Shown: positions 47,340 through 60,981, counted from the stretch's first letter. The stretch: 64,000 nt of DNA from Nemertoderma westbladi (GCA_032718475.1 JAUCBJ010003333.1:66943-130942), one strand, 5' to 3'. Made by a program: numbers and translations. The notes: generated from the letters alone by a model not told the origin.

Positions 47340-47560
47340 AGACTTCTCTCTCTTGGCAGTTACCTGACAGTTAGAGAGGCCGCCACACTAACTACCAAAG
47401 TTGAATACTCTCACCATCCAACCCCATTCTTCAGTCCCCACGGATCCCATGCTCCCTTATCGCTGCTTCGACTTTCCAGTTACGAAATTGTAACTGACCT
47501 GACCCGGAATCGAACACGGGACCTCCCAGCTGGAAATCCAAGGTGTGACTCATTCATTGG
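47340..47560 (-). mobile_element. tRNA-derived SINE, copy A
   Basis: B-box GTTCGATTCC on minus; body inverted-homologous to 47870-48056. Confidence 0.7.
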
Positions 47561-47824
47561 TCGCCATGGTGAAGGGGTTACGAGATGAATATTTGGATAC
47601 CATATTTATCAATATTATACTCCCGTATAGAATCCAACTTCGATACATATTACCCCGACTACATACTCTATATATAATATTACAATACTTGCCGTGGAGT
47701 ATGTTGCCGCCAGGTATTAAATAACCCCAACCGTAATTGATTCAATACTTGCCGTAGGCAGCACATCGCCGCCAGATAATCACACACACAACAATATTGC
47801 TCCATTTAACTCCATATCTAGAAT

Positions 47825-48056
47825 CTGTCTAGCTTGTGGATGAGTTACTCTATTATCCTCTATATCAGGGATTCCGAGTTCGAACCCGGGCTGAATCAGT
47901 TTCAATTTCGTAACTGGTACGTCAGTACAGCGATATGGGAACCTGGAATCTGGGGGGAGTAAAGAAAGAGGTTGGCTAGTGATGAGTATTCAACATTGGG
48001 AGTAAGTGTGGTGCCCTCTCTGCCTTACAGATAACAGCCAAGATTGATGAGACTTC
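47825..48056 (+). mobile_element. tRNA-derived SINE, copy B
   Basis: B-box GTTCGAACCC; shared AATTTCGTAACTGG, CAGCGATA, GAGTATTCAAC, AGTGTGG. Confidence 0.7.
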
Positions 48057-49325
48057 GGGTTGCCTCCAGTAAGTTTCACGTTCACGGCTATTAGCTTTTA
48101 GATAACTTTATATATTTTATCCGCCGAACTCAAAATTAGATTTCTTCCCAATAATTTTATCTCATTGATTCATAACGGATCTGCGCAGTTGTGTAAAAAA
48201 ATTATACTAAAATACAAAATGTAGGACAACTAATTCTGGATTCAAATATTGTATATTAATTTGTCGTAAATGACGTTCAATGTAAAATTCATTATCTAAT
48301 AACGTCGACCTTAGTGTTTAGGCTACAATTATTTTTGAAAATATTAAATAATTTATATAAAAACGAAAAACACAATAAATTGCAAATTTCACAAATATTA
48401 AATTATCAACAACAGCACTACCAATTAAATAATAATTATTAAAAATGGAAACTGAAAAATTTAAAACAATTCTTCCAGTTTGAGACTCAAATTACTGTAT
48501 CAATCACAAATAACAATCACAAATCGTGCGATGTGTGAAATGTTATCCCGATCCGCAACCAGGGAAACGGACCCAAAGAGCAGTTTACTCTGCTAAAAGG
48601 GAATATATAAATGTTCATTATTTAATATAAACGGCTCCGAGTTTGCAAAGAAAATAAAATGTTAATTATCTGTAGTTTAAATGAATAAATATCTACAGAA
48701 AATTATCCTAATTAATTTACAGGATTCTTAAGAAACTTTCCCTGATCTGTTGATATGCCCATTTAAAGTCCAGTTATTGGTTCTGAAATGTTAAATTATT
48801 ATAACAAATTTATATATTTATAAGCAATCGAATGATGTAGTAAAATAATTAAACCACTTGTATTGACTTAATTATTATATTAATGTTGCTTATTTAATAA
48901 TAATTAAAATATTATATTACATATGAAAATCAATACAAAATTCGGAACATATTTAAATAAACACAAATTCAACATGAATAGTTCGACAGACAGACAGAAA
49001 TATCTTAAATAACAGACTCAACATTAATTTACCTTAAAATCACTGATATTAATTACTATAAGCTAATGATTTTTAACTAAATTCCGATCTGGATTTTGAA
49101 TAAAAACAAATAAATTTAACAGAAATTTTCACTGGGCAATGAATAAAAACTGATTAATTGCGATGAGGATTCGCTGCATCAGGAACTGGTAGGACCGAAA
49201 CTCTACCTATTATTATATTAGTTCAATAAATTAATGGATTGGGAGTTGAGATGTTTGAATTAGCATTTTGAAACGTTCAGCAAATTTACTAGCAAATGTC
49301 AGCAGATATAATAATAACATAATAA

Positions 49326-51625
49326 TTAATTAATTAACCTATTTAATTGTTTAAACATATAAATATTGAGATCCTCACCAACAACTACAAACTTCAATGA
49401 GTTTAAAGAACAGCTGATAGTAAAAGAAAAAGGATCAGTTCTTATAGGAATTCTTTGTAAAAATTCACCTTTAACTGAAAATAACGAAATATTTAAATCG
49501 CCTCTAATAATAATCGTATCACAATCTTTATTTACAAAGTTCACCTCTCTGACCCCCTCTACAGTGTTTATTACAGCCGTAGGTTTGTAATTAAACTTAG
49601 TAATAAGAGATAATTTATTAACCCAATTAGTCGCTTCGCTAATCCAATCCAATTCCTTTATATTTAAACTTTCATTATTTATAGGAAACTGAATTCCGTC
49701 TTTAGAATAAACTAATACAACTGAACCCTTTACTACGGCTATGTAGGAGCTGTTGGGAGAGAAAGCGAATGTGGATAAACTGAAACTTTCTAACTCAGTA
49801 ACTGGGAATCCGTCGTCAGTTACTTTTACTAACCCACTGAGTAACTTATTGTTACTAAACCCATACACAAAAATAATTCTAGAATCAGGTAAAACTACCA
49901 ACCTACAACCCTTTGGGAATTTATAATCAACAACCGAATGTTTCCCGGTTAATATATCGGTAAGAATTAATTTACCGCTCTCATCTAGAGTTGCTACTGT
50001 ATTGTTACAGTTTAATGCTACTAACTCACTAATCTTAGACCCCGGATTGGGTTGTAATTCTCTAATTAAGTGCCCCGGTTTCCCTACCAAGCAACGATAT
50101 AATTCCCATCGTAATTCAGATTCTTCCTGTTCCCCTAAGAATCTCCCATATCGATAATATTCTCGGAGTAACTCAGCCGACTCTTTATAACTCCACACAC
50201 TGAGTTTATCAGCCGCTATACTAACTAAATAGTTCGATGGAGCAACAAAAACTAATTCCTCTACAAGTTCACTAGATGTTGTTGGTAAAGTAATAAATTT
50301 ATTTCCATAATAAACACAAATAATTCCGTTGACACACCCGTAAGCGAAAACCGGTTGGTTTTCTATTCCAGTTAACCAAGATATCGGACTCTCTTCGTCT
50401 TTATTTAGTTTAATATTCCCTTCCATATCCATTATATGGAGGGAGTCCCACGTACTCGCTGCTATGGTAACCGGTTCCGTATCTAGAACAGCTCGAACCC
50501 AGTCGTATCCAGTTAGTTTACCACCGCTGGACGATTCTGTACCGACGCTGTTAATGTTTAGTGTTACAGTATCGGCCCCAATGTTACAGTAACACATAAA
50601 CTTACCAGATTGAGTTACATCCGCGCTGCTGGATGTCAACTTAACCGGTCCGATTGTACCGGTTACCATTCGGTGGGTTAGTTCTCCGGTTTTACCGTCC
50701 AGTAGTTCCGCACCCGATTGCCCCCAAGGAAATCCGGTTATTATAAGAACGCGATCCACCGCTCCGAGGTATTTAATTCCTTGGAGATGAATGTTGTATA
50801 ACTCGTTGGTATATCTCATCCCCCATATCAGCTTCCCATCCAATAAGTTCCAACATTCTACATCGAACCACCCCAACTCAACATTAACTTTATAACCTAT
50901 AATTATTATATCGTCCGCAACCCAATCTAGACATTCTATACCAAATTTACTGAACTCAAAGACTTTAATTGGCTTTTGTATTGAAGATAAATTAATAAAA
51001 TCCCAAAGTTTAACTCCCGGAGTTGGAATTGGGTGAGTGGAGTAGGTTATTAGATGTTTAGCTGTTGGTGAGAATGAAACTCCTATCTGGGAAGGGGAGT
51101 GGGCCTCCCAAGTTATAGTGGAGTCGGGGACCTCCGTATTGATACAACTGATAGTCCCGTTGTGGGACGAGAAACATAATATATTTGAATCCTTTGGATG
51201 GAAGTTTATACTGTTTGTGAGTATCGGTGGTGTTTTATTGATTAAATCTTCCTCCTTTATTACGGAATGGGAATCAAAATGATCGAATATTAATTCTCCA
51301 TCAGTTGAATCCCGAATATGAATCCATCCATCTAAAGTTCGGTAACATATCCTTCTTGCATCAGCCGATAATTTTGCATCATATAGATATAGCGATGGAT
51401 TGATATTAATTTTATCTTCTGTAATAATCTTCTTCCCACAGGCAGCATCGCAAATCATTAACTTATTATCGACGTAAACTAGAATCGTTTTTCCATCAGC
51501 AGATAACTGAATTCCATACGTCAACCGGGTCTCGTAATCCTTCAGTAACTTTATCGATAAGGGTTCATCTGTTTCATCTCTTGTTCTATTCATTGAGTTG
51601 CTGAGATCGAAATATAGTTTATTTT
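49326..51625 (-). CDS. Exon 2 of the caspase-Apaf-1-like gene: WD40 beta-propellers
   Basis: Acceptor TTTTATTATTTGCAG at 51626; in frame with exon 1 (..CND/ENKLYFDLSN, cf. Apaf-1 LYLEWIN); WD repeats SADGK, FHP, AH..VSFSP..VKLWD, FAFSPNS. Confidence 0.85.
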
Positions 51626-52067
51626 CTGCAAATAATAAAATAACAACACAAACTAATCAGATGATTATAATAAATTATAATTGATTAATTATAAAATATT
51701 ATTTACAATTTACAAATATTAATATTGTTCTACTTCTAATAGAGAGGGATATTTATAATACCGGTACGAATAATCTGCTATCCAATATTAATTAATATCC
51801 ATGCTATGGGGGGGGGGGGGGGGGGGGTCATTTTTTAAATTTCTTTGTAATACCTCTTAGTATCTCAAGTATCTTTGATTCAGGGTCGTTGGAAAAACAA
51901 AGATTTCGTGACTTTTCCTAAAGTTTAATGGGCAATCCAACAGAGCAAACGCCAAAACATCTCTTTCGTCCCTTTCTTGTACCCATCTCAGTATTTTCTG
52001 TGCTAAAATTGCAACAGATTTTATTATAACTTTTTGTTTGCACCGCTTTTGCAAAGCCGGCTATGAC

Positions 52068-52138
52068 ATCCACGTGGGATCGAACTGGTGACCTCCGGGT
52101 TGGAAGTCTGACGCTCTAACCATTCAGCTAGCGGCCAG
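52068..52138 (-). repeat. tRNA-like SINE head in the intron
   Basis: TAGCTGAATGG A-box and AGTTCGATCCC B-box; no clean acceptor stem. Confidence 0.6.
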
Positions 52139-52169
52139 GCAAAAGATAGACCTGGAAATATGTAACAAT

Positions 52170-53110
52170 TCGATCTGGTAGATAAAGTGTCACAGAACGC
52201 CGATGATACAAAGTTTTTTATAATTGATGATGACGCTGATGTTCTAGAATTCCTACTAGTTTTATTATAACAATTTTCTCTGGTCTCAGGCCTCGAACTA
52301 AATGAATCCAAAACCGAAATTATCCGTATCGGCAAAACAAAGAATTCTAGAGTAAAACTATGCCCCCATCGTAAATAAAAATGGTTAGAGCCGGATTAAC
52401 CCTTCAATGTCCTCGGTGTTTTAATATCGTCTGATACTACCAAAATAGAAAAAATGAATTTTAGACGATGCATTAAAAAAGTTAAGATGACAATAAATTT
52501 ATAGAGAAAACATAAGCTGGCACTTTTAGGTAGAGCTACCATCATTAAATCACTCATACTGCCAAAATTTATGTATAGCTTCTCGTGTTTGAAAACACTA
52601 TCGCAAACTACCATGAACAATGACAGTAATAGACTTTTTGTGGGAACGAAAACCTCCAAAATTCAAACATATATACTTATTGCGGATATTACAACTGGGG
52701 GTATAAAACTGCCAGACGTAGTGGAGTATGCAAAAAGTCAGAAAATAAAAAGGATAACTAAAATCTCTAAAAGAGAAAACTAAGTTATATGGAACGAACT
52801 CGCATGAAATAGCTTTACAACAAGTATAAATAATGAGATTTTTATGTGTTGCTGTAACTTACACGAGAAGGATGTTAAAGGTATGGGCCTGTGTAAAAAT
52901 GAATTCTGGGAAGAAGTTCTTGCTATCTGGTGCAAACTTATTAATACATATGATCAGAATGACACAAACACAAGAACCAAAGACTACAAGAAACAAAAAT
53001 AATAAATTAGATTACATCTGGCTTAATTCCAAAATAAAAATTAACAATAAACCACTATTTTGGCCAGATTGGATCCAAAAGGAGTATATTTATTGTGCCA
53101 CTTAATTGCA
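52170..53110 (+). mobile_element. Degenerate L1/Tx1-type RT C-terminal fragment in the intron
   Basis: ADDT..; SLVSGLELNESKTEI; LLGRATIIKSLILPKFMY; GGIKLPD; IWLNSKIKINNKPLFW. Confidence 0.75.
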
Positions 53111-54204
53111 CCAGTAGCTAACAATCAGTTCCGTTATATAAGTCTCATCGATGCTATTACTCCGACCCACAGAAAGAAACTATGAACTAAAATTCAAAGT
53201 CCAGCCTTTATAAAATCTCATTATAGTTTAGGAGTAGTGGGGTCAACAAAACGCGCATACCTCACTTTCATACATGAAAAAATACAAACAAATAAATTAA
53301 TAATTTAATTAATAATTAATTTTAAAATAAATAATTCAATATTAAAATATAAATTTAAAGCTGTGCCCAACAAAAAGTTATAGGGCCTAATAATTTGATA
53401 AATGAATTAAATTAAATGGATGGATAAAATAAATTATTTTTTCCATTTCTGAACAAAACCATAATATGACACCATAATAATTTGAAACCACTCATTCGCC
53501 CTAACACAATAATAAAAGATTTTATGGCTCACTAAAATTAATTTATTTGCAGTATTGCGGTATTTTTGCAGGGAGCAGGTGAGAGGCGTATTGTTGCAAA
53601 GGCTGCCTGGAGGTACATGTTGTGACAGGAGAAACAGTTAAGAAGAAAATTTTTTCGATTCCGTTATTCAGTACTGAGTAATAAATAGCCTTTAAAATAA
53701 ATGTAAAGTGCATTTTTTATTCGTATGAAATTAAATTGAAAAAACTTATTTCATAGAATAAATTTAGTGAATTTGTTATCAATATTTCGCTTAATCCACT
53801 TTACGTTGTTTCATTCTCGAGTTATGGAAACTTTTGTAATTTTCACCCAAAATTGAAAAAGTTGTAATTTTGGTGCAGCACCACATTTGACACTAAAAAA
53901 TGATCATAAAACACACAGAAATTTCGAAATATCTTGCCATTTACGGAATCAGCGCCGAAACTTACTACTAGAGGTACTTATTCAGCCGTTAGGCCAGTGA
54001 ATACGCACAACGTTAACGTATGATTACTATTTCCAGTGCGCTCCCCCTGAGGAAACTCTAGTACTCATTTAACTTCCATTTAAGTTTGCAAGGCAGATTT
54101 TGCGCCCTGGCTTTAAAACATTCTCGCCGGCCTCCATGCGGGGATCAAAAACACGACCTCCGGAGAGATATGAACCACTACACCAAGGAGGTGGGACTAA
54201 CATA

Positions 54205-57200
54205 CATGTCGCACAATCTCAGAATTGAGTTAACAGACTCCATCTCTTGTTGCACAATTTCCGAATTGAGTTAACAGACTCCGTATCATGTCGCACAATC
54301 TCTGGATTGAGTTAACAGACTCCGTCTCATGTCACACAATCTCCGTATTGAGTTAACAGACTCCGTGTCATGTCGCACAATCTCCGGATTGAGTTAACAG
54401 ACTCCGTCTCATGTCACACAATCTCCGTATTGAGTTAACAGACTCCATCTCATGCCGCACAATCTCCGGATTGAGTTAACAGACTACGTCTCATGTCGCA
54501 CAATCTCCGGATTGAGTTAACAGACTCCGTCTCATGTCACACAATCTCCGTATTGAGTTAACAGACTCCGTATCATGTCGCACAATCTCTGGATTGAGTC
54601 AACAGACTCCGTCTCATGTCGCACAATCTCTGGAATGAGTTAACAGACACCGTCTCATGTCGCACATTCTCTGGATTGAGTTAACAGACTCCTTCTCATG
54701 TCGCACAATCTCTGGATTAAGTTAACAGACTCCGTCTCATGTCGCACAATCTCCGGAATGAGTTAACAGACTCCTAATCATGTCGCACAATCTCCGGATT
54801 GAGTTAACAGACTCCGTATCATGTCACACAATCTACGGATTGAGTTAACAGACTACGTATCATGCTGCACAATCTCCGGATTGAGTTAGCAGACTAGGTC
54901 TCATGTCGCACAATCTCCGGATTGAGTTAACAGACTCCTTCTCATGTCGCATAATCTCCGGATTGAGATAACAGACTACGTCTCATGTCGCACAATCTAC
55001 GGATTGAGTTAACAGACTACGTATCATGCTGCACAATCTCCGGATTGAGTTAGCAGACTAGGTCTCATGTCGCACAATCTCCGGATTGAGTTAACAGACT
55101 CCTTCTCATGTCGCAAAATCTCCGGATTGAGATAACAGACTACGTCTCATGTCGCACAATCTCTGGATTGAGTTAACAGACTACGTCTCATGTCGCACAA
55201 TCTCCGGATTGAGTTAGCAGACTAGGTCTCATGTCGCACAATCTCCGGATTGAGTTAACAGACACCGTCTCATGTCGCACATTCTCTGGATTGAGTTAAC
55301 AGACTCCTTCTCATGTCGCACAATCTCTGGATTAAGTTAACAGACTCCGTCTCATGTCGCACAATCTCCGGAATGAGTTAACAGACTCCTAATCATGTCG
55401 CACAATCTCTGGATTGTGTTAACAGACTCCGTATCATGTCGCACAATCTCCGGATTGAGTTAACAGACTCCTTCTCATGTCGCACAATCTCTGGATTGTG
55501 TTAACAGACTTCGTATCATGCTGTACAATCTCTGGATTGAGTTAACAGACTACGTCTCATGTCGCACAATCTCCGGATTGAGTTAAAAGACTCCGTATCA
55601 TGTCGCACAATCTCCGGATTGAGTGAACAGACTCCGTCTCATATCGCACAATCGCCGAATTGAGTTAATAGACTCCGTATCATGCTGCACAATCTCCGGA
55701 TTGAGTTAACAGACTACGTCTCATGTCGCACAATCTCCGGATTGAGTTAACAGACTGCGTCTCATGTCGCACAATCTCCCGATTGAGTTAACAGACTACG
55801 TCTCATGTAGCACAATCTCCGAATTGAGTTAACAGACTACGTCTCATGTCGCACAATCTCCGGATTGAGTTAAAAGACTCCGTCTCATATCGCACAATCG
55901 CCGAATTGAGTTAATAGACTCCGTATCATGCTGCACAATCTCCGGATTGAGTTAACAGACTACGTCTCATGTCGCACAATCTCCGGATTGAGTTAACAGA
56001 CTGCGTCTCATGTCGCACAATCTCCCGATTGAGTTAACAGACTACGTCTCATGTAGCACAATCTCCGAATTGAGTTAACAGACTACGTCTCATGTCGCAC
56101 AATCTCCGGAATGAGTTAACAGACTCCTAATCATGTCGCACAATCTCTGGATTGTGTTAACAGACTCCGTATCATGTCGCACAATCTCCGGATTGAGTTA
56201 ACAGACTCCTTCTCATGTCGCACAATCTCTGGATTGTGTTAACAGACTTCGTATCATGCTGTACAATCTCTGGATTGAGTTAACAGACTACGTCTCATGT
56301 CGCACAATCTCCGGATTGAGTTAAAAGACTCCGTATCATGTCGCACAATCTCCGGATTGAGTGAACAGACTCCGTCTCATATCGCACAATCGCCGAATTG
56401 AGTTAATAGACTCCGTATCATGCTGCACAATCTCCGGATTGAGTTAACAGACTACGTCTCATGTCGCACAATCTCCGGATTGAGTTAACAGACTGCGTCT
56501 CATGTCGCACAATCTCCCGATTGAGTTAACAGACTACGTCTCATGTAGCACAATCTCCGAATTGAGTTAACAGACTACGTCTCATGTCGCACAATCTACG
56601 GATTGAGTTAACAGACTTCGTCTCATGTCGCACAATCTCCGGATTGAGTTAACAGACTCCTTCTCATGTCGCAAAATCTCCGGATTGAGATAACAGACTA
56701 CGTCTCATGTCGCACAATCTCTGGATTGAGTTAACAGACTACGTCTCATGTCGCACAATCTCCGGATTGAGTTAACAGACTCCTTCTCATGTCGCACAAT
56801 CTCCGGATTGAGTTAACAGACTCCGTATCATGTCGCACAATCTCCGGATTGAGTTAACCGACTCCGTATCATGCTGCACAATCCTCGGATTGAGTTAACA
56901 GACTCCGTATCATGTCGCACAATCTCCAGATTAAGTTAACAGACTCCTTCTCATGTCGCACAATCTCTGGATTGTGTTAACAGACTCCGTATCATGTCGC
57001 ACAATCTCCGGATTGAGTTAACAGACTCCTTCTCATGTCGCACAATCTCTGGATTGTGTTAACAGACTTCGTATCATGCTGTACAATCTCTGGATTGAGT
57101 TAACAGACTACGTCTCATGTCGCACAATCTCCGGATTGAGTTAAAAGACTCCGTATCATGTCGCACAATCTCCGGATTGAGTGAACAGACTCCGTCTCAT

Positions 57201-58130
57201 ATCGCACAATCGCCGAATTGAGTTAATAGACTCCGTATCATGCTGCACAATCTCCGGATTGAGTTAACAGACTACGTCTCATGTCGCACAATCTCCGGAT
57301 TGAGTTAACAGACTGCGTCTCATGTCGCACAATCTCCCGATTGAGTTAACAGACTACGTCTCATGTAGCACAATCTCCGAATTGAGTTAACAGACTACGT
57401 CTCATGTCGCACAATCTCCGGCTTGAGTTAACAGACTACGTCTCATGTCGCACAATCTCCGGATTGAGTTAACAGACTACGTCTCATGTCGCACAATCTC
57501 CGGATTGAGTTAACAGACTACGTCTCATGTCGCACAATCTCCGGATTGAGTTAACAGACTACGTCTCATGTCGCACAATCTCCGGATTGAGTTAACAGAC
57601 TACGTCTCATGTCGCACAATCTCCGGATTGAATTAACAGACTACGTCTCATGTCACACAATCCCGGATTGAGTTAACAGACTACGTCTCATGTCGCACAA
57701 TCTCCGGATTGAGTTAACAGACTCCGTATCATGTCGCACAATCTCCGGATTGAATTAACAGACTACGTCTCATGTCGTACAATCTCCGGATTGAGTTAAC
57801 AAACTACGTCTCATGTCGCACAATCTCCGGATTGAGTTAACAGACTCCGTATCATATCGCACAATCTCCGGATTGAATTAACAGACTACGTCTCATGTCG
57901 CACAATCTTCGGATTGAGTTAACAGAATACGTTTCATGTCGCACAATCTCCGAATTGAGTTAACAGACTCCGTATCATGTCGCACAATCTCCGGATTGAA
58001 TTAACAGACTACGTCTCATGTCGCACAATCTCCGCAATGAGTTAACAGACTCCGTCTCATGTCGCACAATCTCCGGATTCAGTTAACAGACTCCGTCTCA
58101 TGGCGCACAATCTCCAGATTCAGTTAACAG
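54205..58130. repeat. 41-bp tandem satellite (~96 copies) inside the intron
   Basis: Consensus CATGTCGCACAATCTCCGGATTGAGTTAACAGACTCCGTCT, head to tail without spacers. Confidence 0.97.
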
Positions 58131-58590
58131 TCCCCTGTAACATTGCCCTGAGTCGCTCAGAAATTACGTAAACTTAGATTTTACATACTTATGTACAGTA
58201 TATTCTGTGCTACATTAATTAATATTATACCATCTACATTAATCAATAATGTTGGGTATTATTATGTATTTGTGTTTATCTGTTATATAAGTTTATGCAA
58301 CTATTGGACTGTCAGTGCGCTTATTGTATATTGTTAATTATTTAATTATTGTTAAATAATATGCATTTCGTCATTAAAACTAATTAAATAACTATTAGAA
58401 AGACTGTTGAATGGAAACTCATTTATGTAATGGGTAACTTACACCTTATCCATTAACTACGCATTATTCCATAGTATGTTACTGGGATAGATTGTGCGAA
58501 TTTTATAATTCAGCCCAATGTCTCTCACTTACTTCTATACATTTTTATGTAGGTTATACAGTGTGTTACATATTTAGTTTACACACTTAC

Positions 58591-60795
58591 CATCATTGCA
58601 TAACTCTTGAAGTGCGATTTCCCGTGACTTTTTGTAAAATCCCGATGTTTTTGGAGCCATCAATCCGACTTGAATTATGTCGCACCTTTCTGTCCCAGTG
58701 AGGTTCGCACATAGTCGACGGATTGTCGATCGGAATATTTCCTGCTCTGCTTTTTGGTCTTCCGAAAGTTTCTGGTCAGCCAATTCGTAATCAGCAATAA
58801 GATTCGCAGGTCCACTGAACTTAATCTTTGATTTAATCCAAAGAATGTTAGTTAGTAGTTGGTGTCTTTCTTCCCAGAGAGTTGCTTTCGCCATATGATT
58901 AGCAAGGAATTCAAACATATATTTGTCTAATGTCTTTGGATCCACTCCAGATTTTAAGTTAAAAGGTTTATAATTTTCAACTAATTGTCGATGAGTCTCA
59001 GTTGTTTCTTTTTGTCTTTCAATAAACTCCATAAGCAGTGGATGTAAAGACCAAAGTTTTGATTCAGAATTATTTGATAGAAGTGATTTATTCACCAGTT
59101 GATTTAATGATAATCGTGTACCTCCAATATTTGAATTACTAAAAAAAGCAACTATTTCACTTGTAAATTCATAACATCCAACTTGCCCAAAAACAGCTAG
59201 TTTAATATAAAGTTCTCTAAGTTTTGGCGTTAGATAATCAACACTAAGTTTTATTGTGGCAGTTATTGATTTATCGTAGTCCAAACCAGCATCAGTTCCA
59301 TCTAATTCGGGCAGATATTCGTCAATATCTTGCCAAGTTAGTTCAGAGTTGTCTCTTTTTACAGCTCCAACCAAATTCACCGCCAATGGGGAGCCATAAC
59401 ATTTTCTCATCACTATTTTTGCTTCTGCTGACATTATAAACTCAGGGCCTATCCACATTCTGAGTAGTTTCTCAGATTGGGCGGAATTTAGCCCATCATT
59501 TACACAAATATATGATACATTTGGATAATCTGAAGGAATGGATTTTATATCTCGAGTAGTTACCATTATAGGGCAACTTATATGGAAAGCTTGGATTACA
59601 AATTTATCCCAAACATCATCTAACAATATCAAACAACGAGGTTTCTTATTAATAATATTATTTAAAGCACTTGTGCAGCTCTTAATACTGAACAACTGGC
59701 TGACTAACTGATGAGATGATTCATCTATCATTAAATGCATTTCTTTCATTTTCTGCACGAGAGCATTCTTTCCAACAGGACCGACTCCCAAGGCCCAATG
59801 TGTTGCCAATATATACCATGAGGGTATTTGTTTATAAAAACTTCATCGTTTACTGAATCGATTGCCAAAGTTGTTTTCCCTATGGCAGCCATTCCCGATA
59901 TAGCTACCCAACCTGGTTGACCTTTCAGCTCATTCAGACCCTTTCTAACTTTATCTACCATGTCGGGGCGGGGAATGTGATAATTGGGAACCTTTGGAAT
60001 TAACCAGCGCGGAAAATCAGGTGGAATTTGTGGAACAAATTCTAAAAGGTGTACGGATTTTGCTAAATAATCATATATTTGTGGATGTGATATAATAGAA
60101 TTTTCATCTGTACCTCGATGCACAATGTTATAATTCCTCACCACTGGTAATAAATCCACTTTAACATCATCCCCAGCTGTTTCTTTATTTAGGATATTGT
60201 TAACTACTTTACAAACATAATGTATGAAAGTCGACCCCTGGTCTTCGTACATTGGTAAAGTCTCACCTGGACTGCAACCGATTGCTACAGCTGTATGTTC
60301 AAATATACGATCACTGAAATTTAAATCGCAGTCTGGATAAGGGTTGGACTGGCAGGCTTCTACAAAGAATATCCGAGGTTTTGGAACCGGACCACTTAGT
60401 GCCAAACATTCTGTTGAGAATAGTTCCACAATTTTTTTTATAGGTACTGTTACTTCGTTGGAACAAACAAGCTCACCCTCAATTCCATGACTCATAAGGA
60501 ATACAAAAAGACACTCAATGTCATTTAATTGTTTCTGATTACTAAATTTTTTTAGGAATTGTATCAACTCATGATCTGTTATGTTCTTCTTCACTTCACC
60601 TTTCTCATCTCTATATTCTACTATCTCACAACCCAACTTGCCTCCAAATATTTCCTTAATGATTTTTACATCATGTGATGACCCTTCTCCTCTGTCGTCA
60701 TCAGAGTATTTAGTACCGCGATAATCTGTAATATTTATTATCAGACATAATTGTTTACCATCTCCTGTAATTTTGTATGAGTTTGATTCCGCCAT
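58591..60795 (-). CDS. Exon 1 of the caspase-Apaf-1-like gene: caspase domain + NB-ARC + helical domains; frameshift at ~59800
   Basis: Caspase CLIINI, FLMSHG, KPRIFFVEACQ, GSTFI; NB-ARC GWVAISGMAAIGKT, LILLDDVWD, IMVTTRD, GSPLA, LHPL, FLANHM, WIKSK..GPANLIADY; donor G|GTAAGT at 58590. Confidence 0.85.
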
Positions 60796-60981
60796 AACAT
60801 AAAATAAGCTTTGCAGTTTATGTTGTTATTAATTGATTTATGCTGTACGCACGTAATTTATCAAGCTACTTTTGTCAATAAACTAACCAACAAGTTGTCA
60901 AAGTGTTTACAATATTTAATTATATATATCTACGCAATTAATATAACTACGTTTTTTTAAACAATAACTTAGTTTATATAC

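Noticed and set aside
53356-54115. Second Kolobok-like element (TTAAAGC...GCTTTAA)
   Set aside because: Inverted ends match over only a few bases; boundaries cannot be supported
54205-58130. CRISPR array
   Set aside because: Contiguous 41-bp units with no unique spacers, no cas genes, eukaryotic intron context
26523-60795. Functional linkage (cargo or defence pair) between the Maverick and the caspase-Apaf gene
   Set aside because: The gene lies outside the TIRs and TSD, 4 kb away; only proximity supports a link
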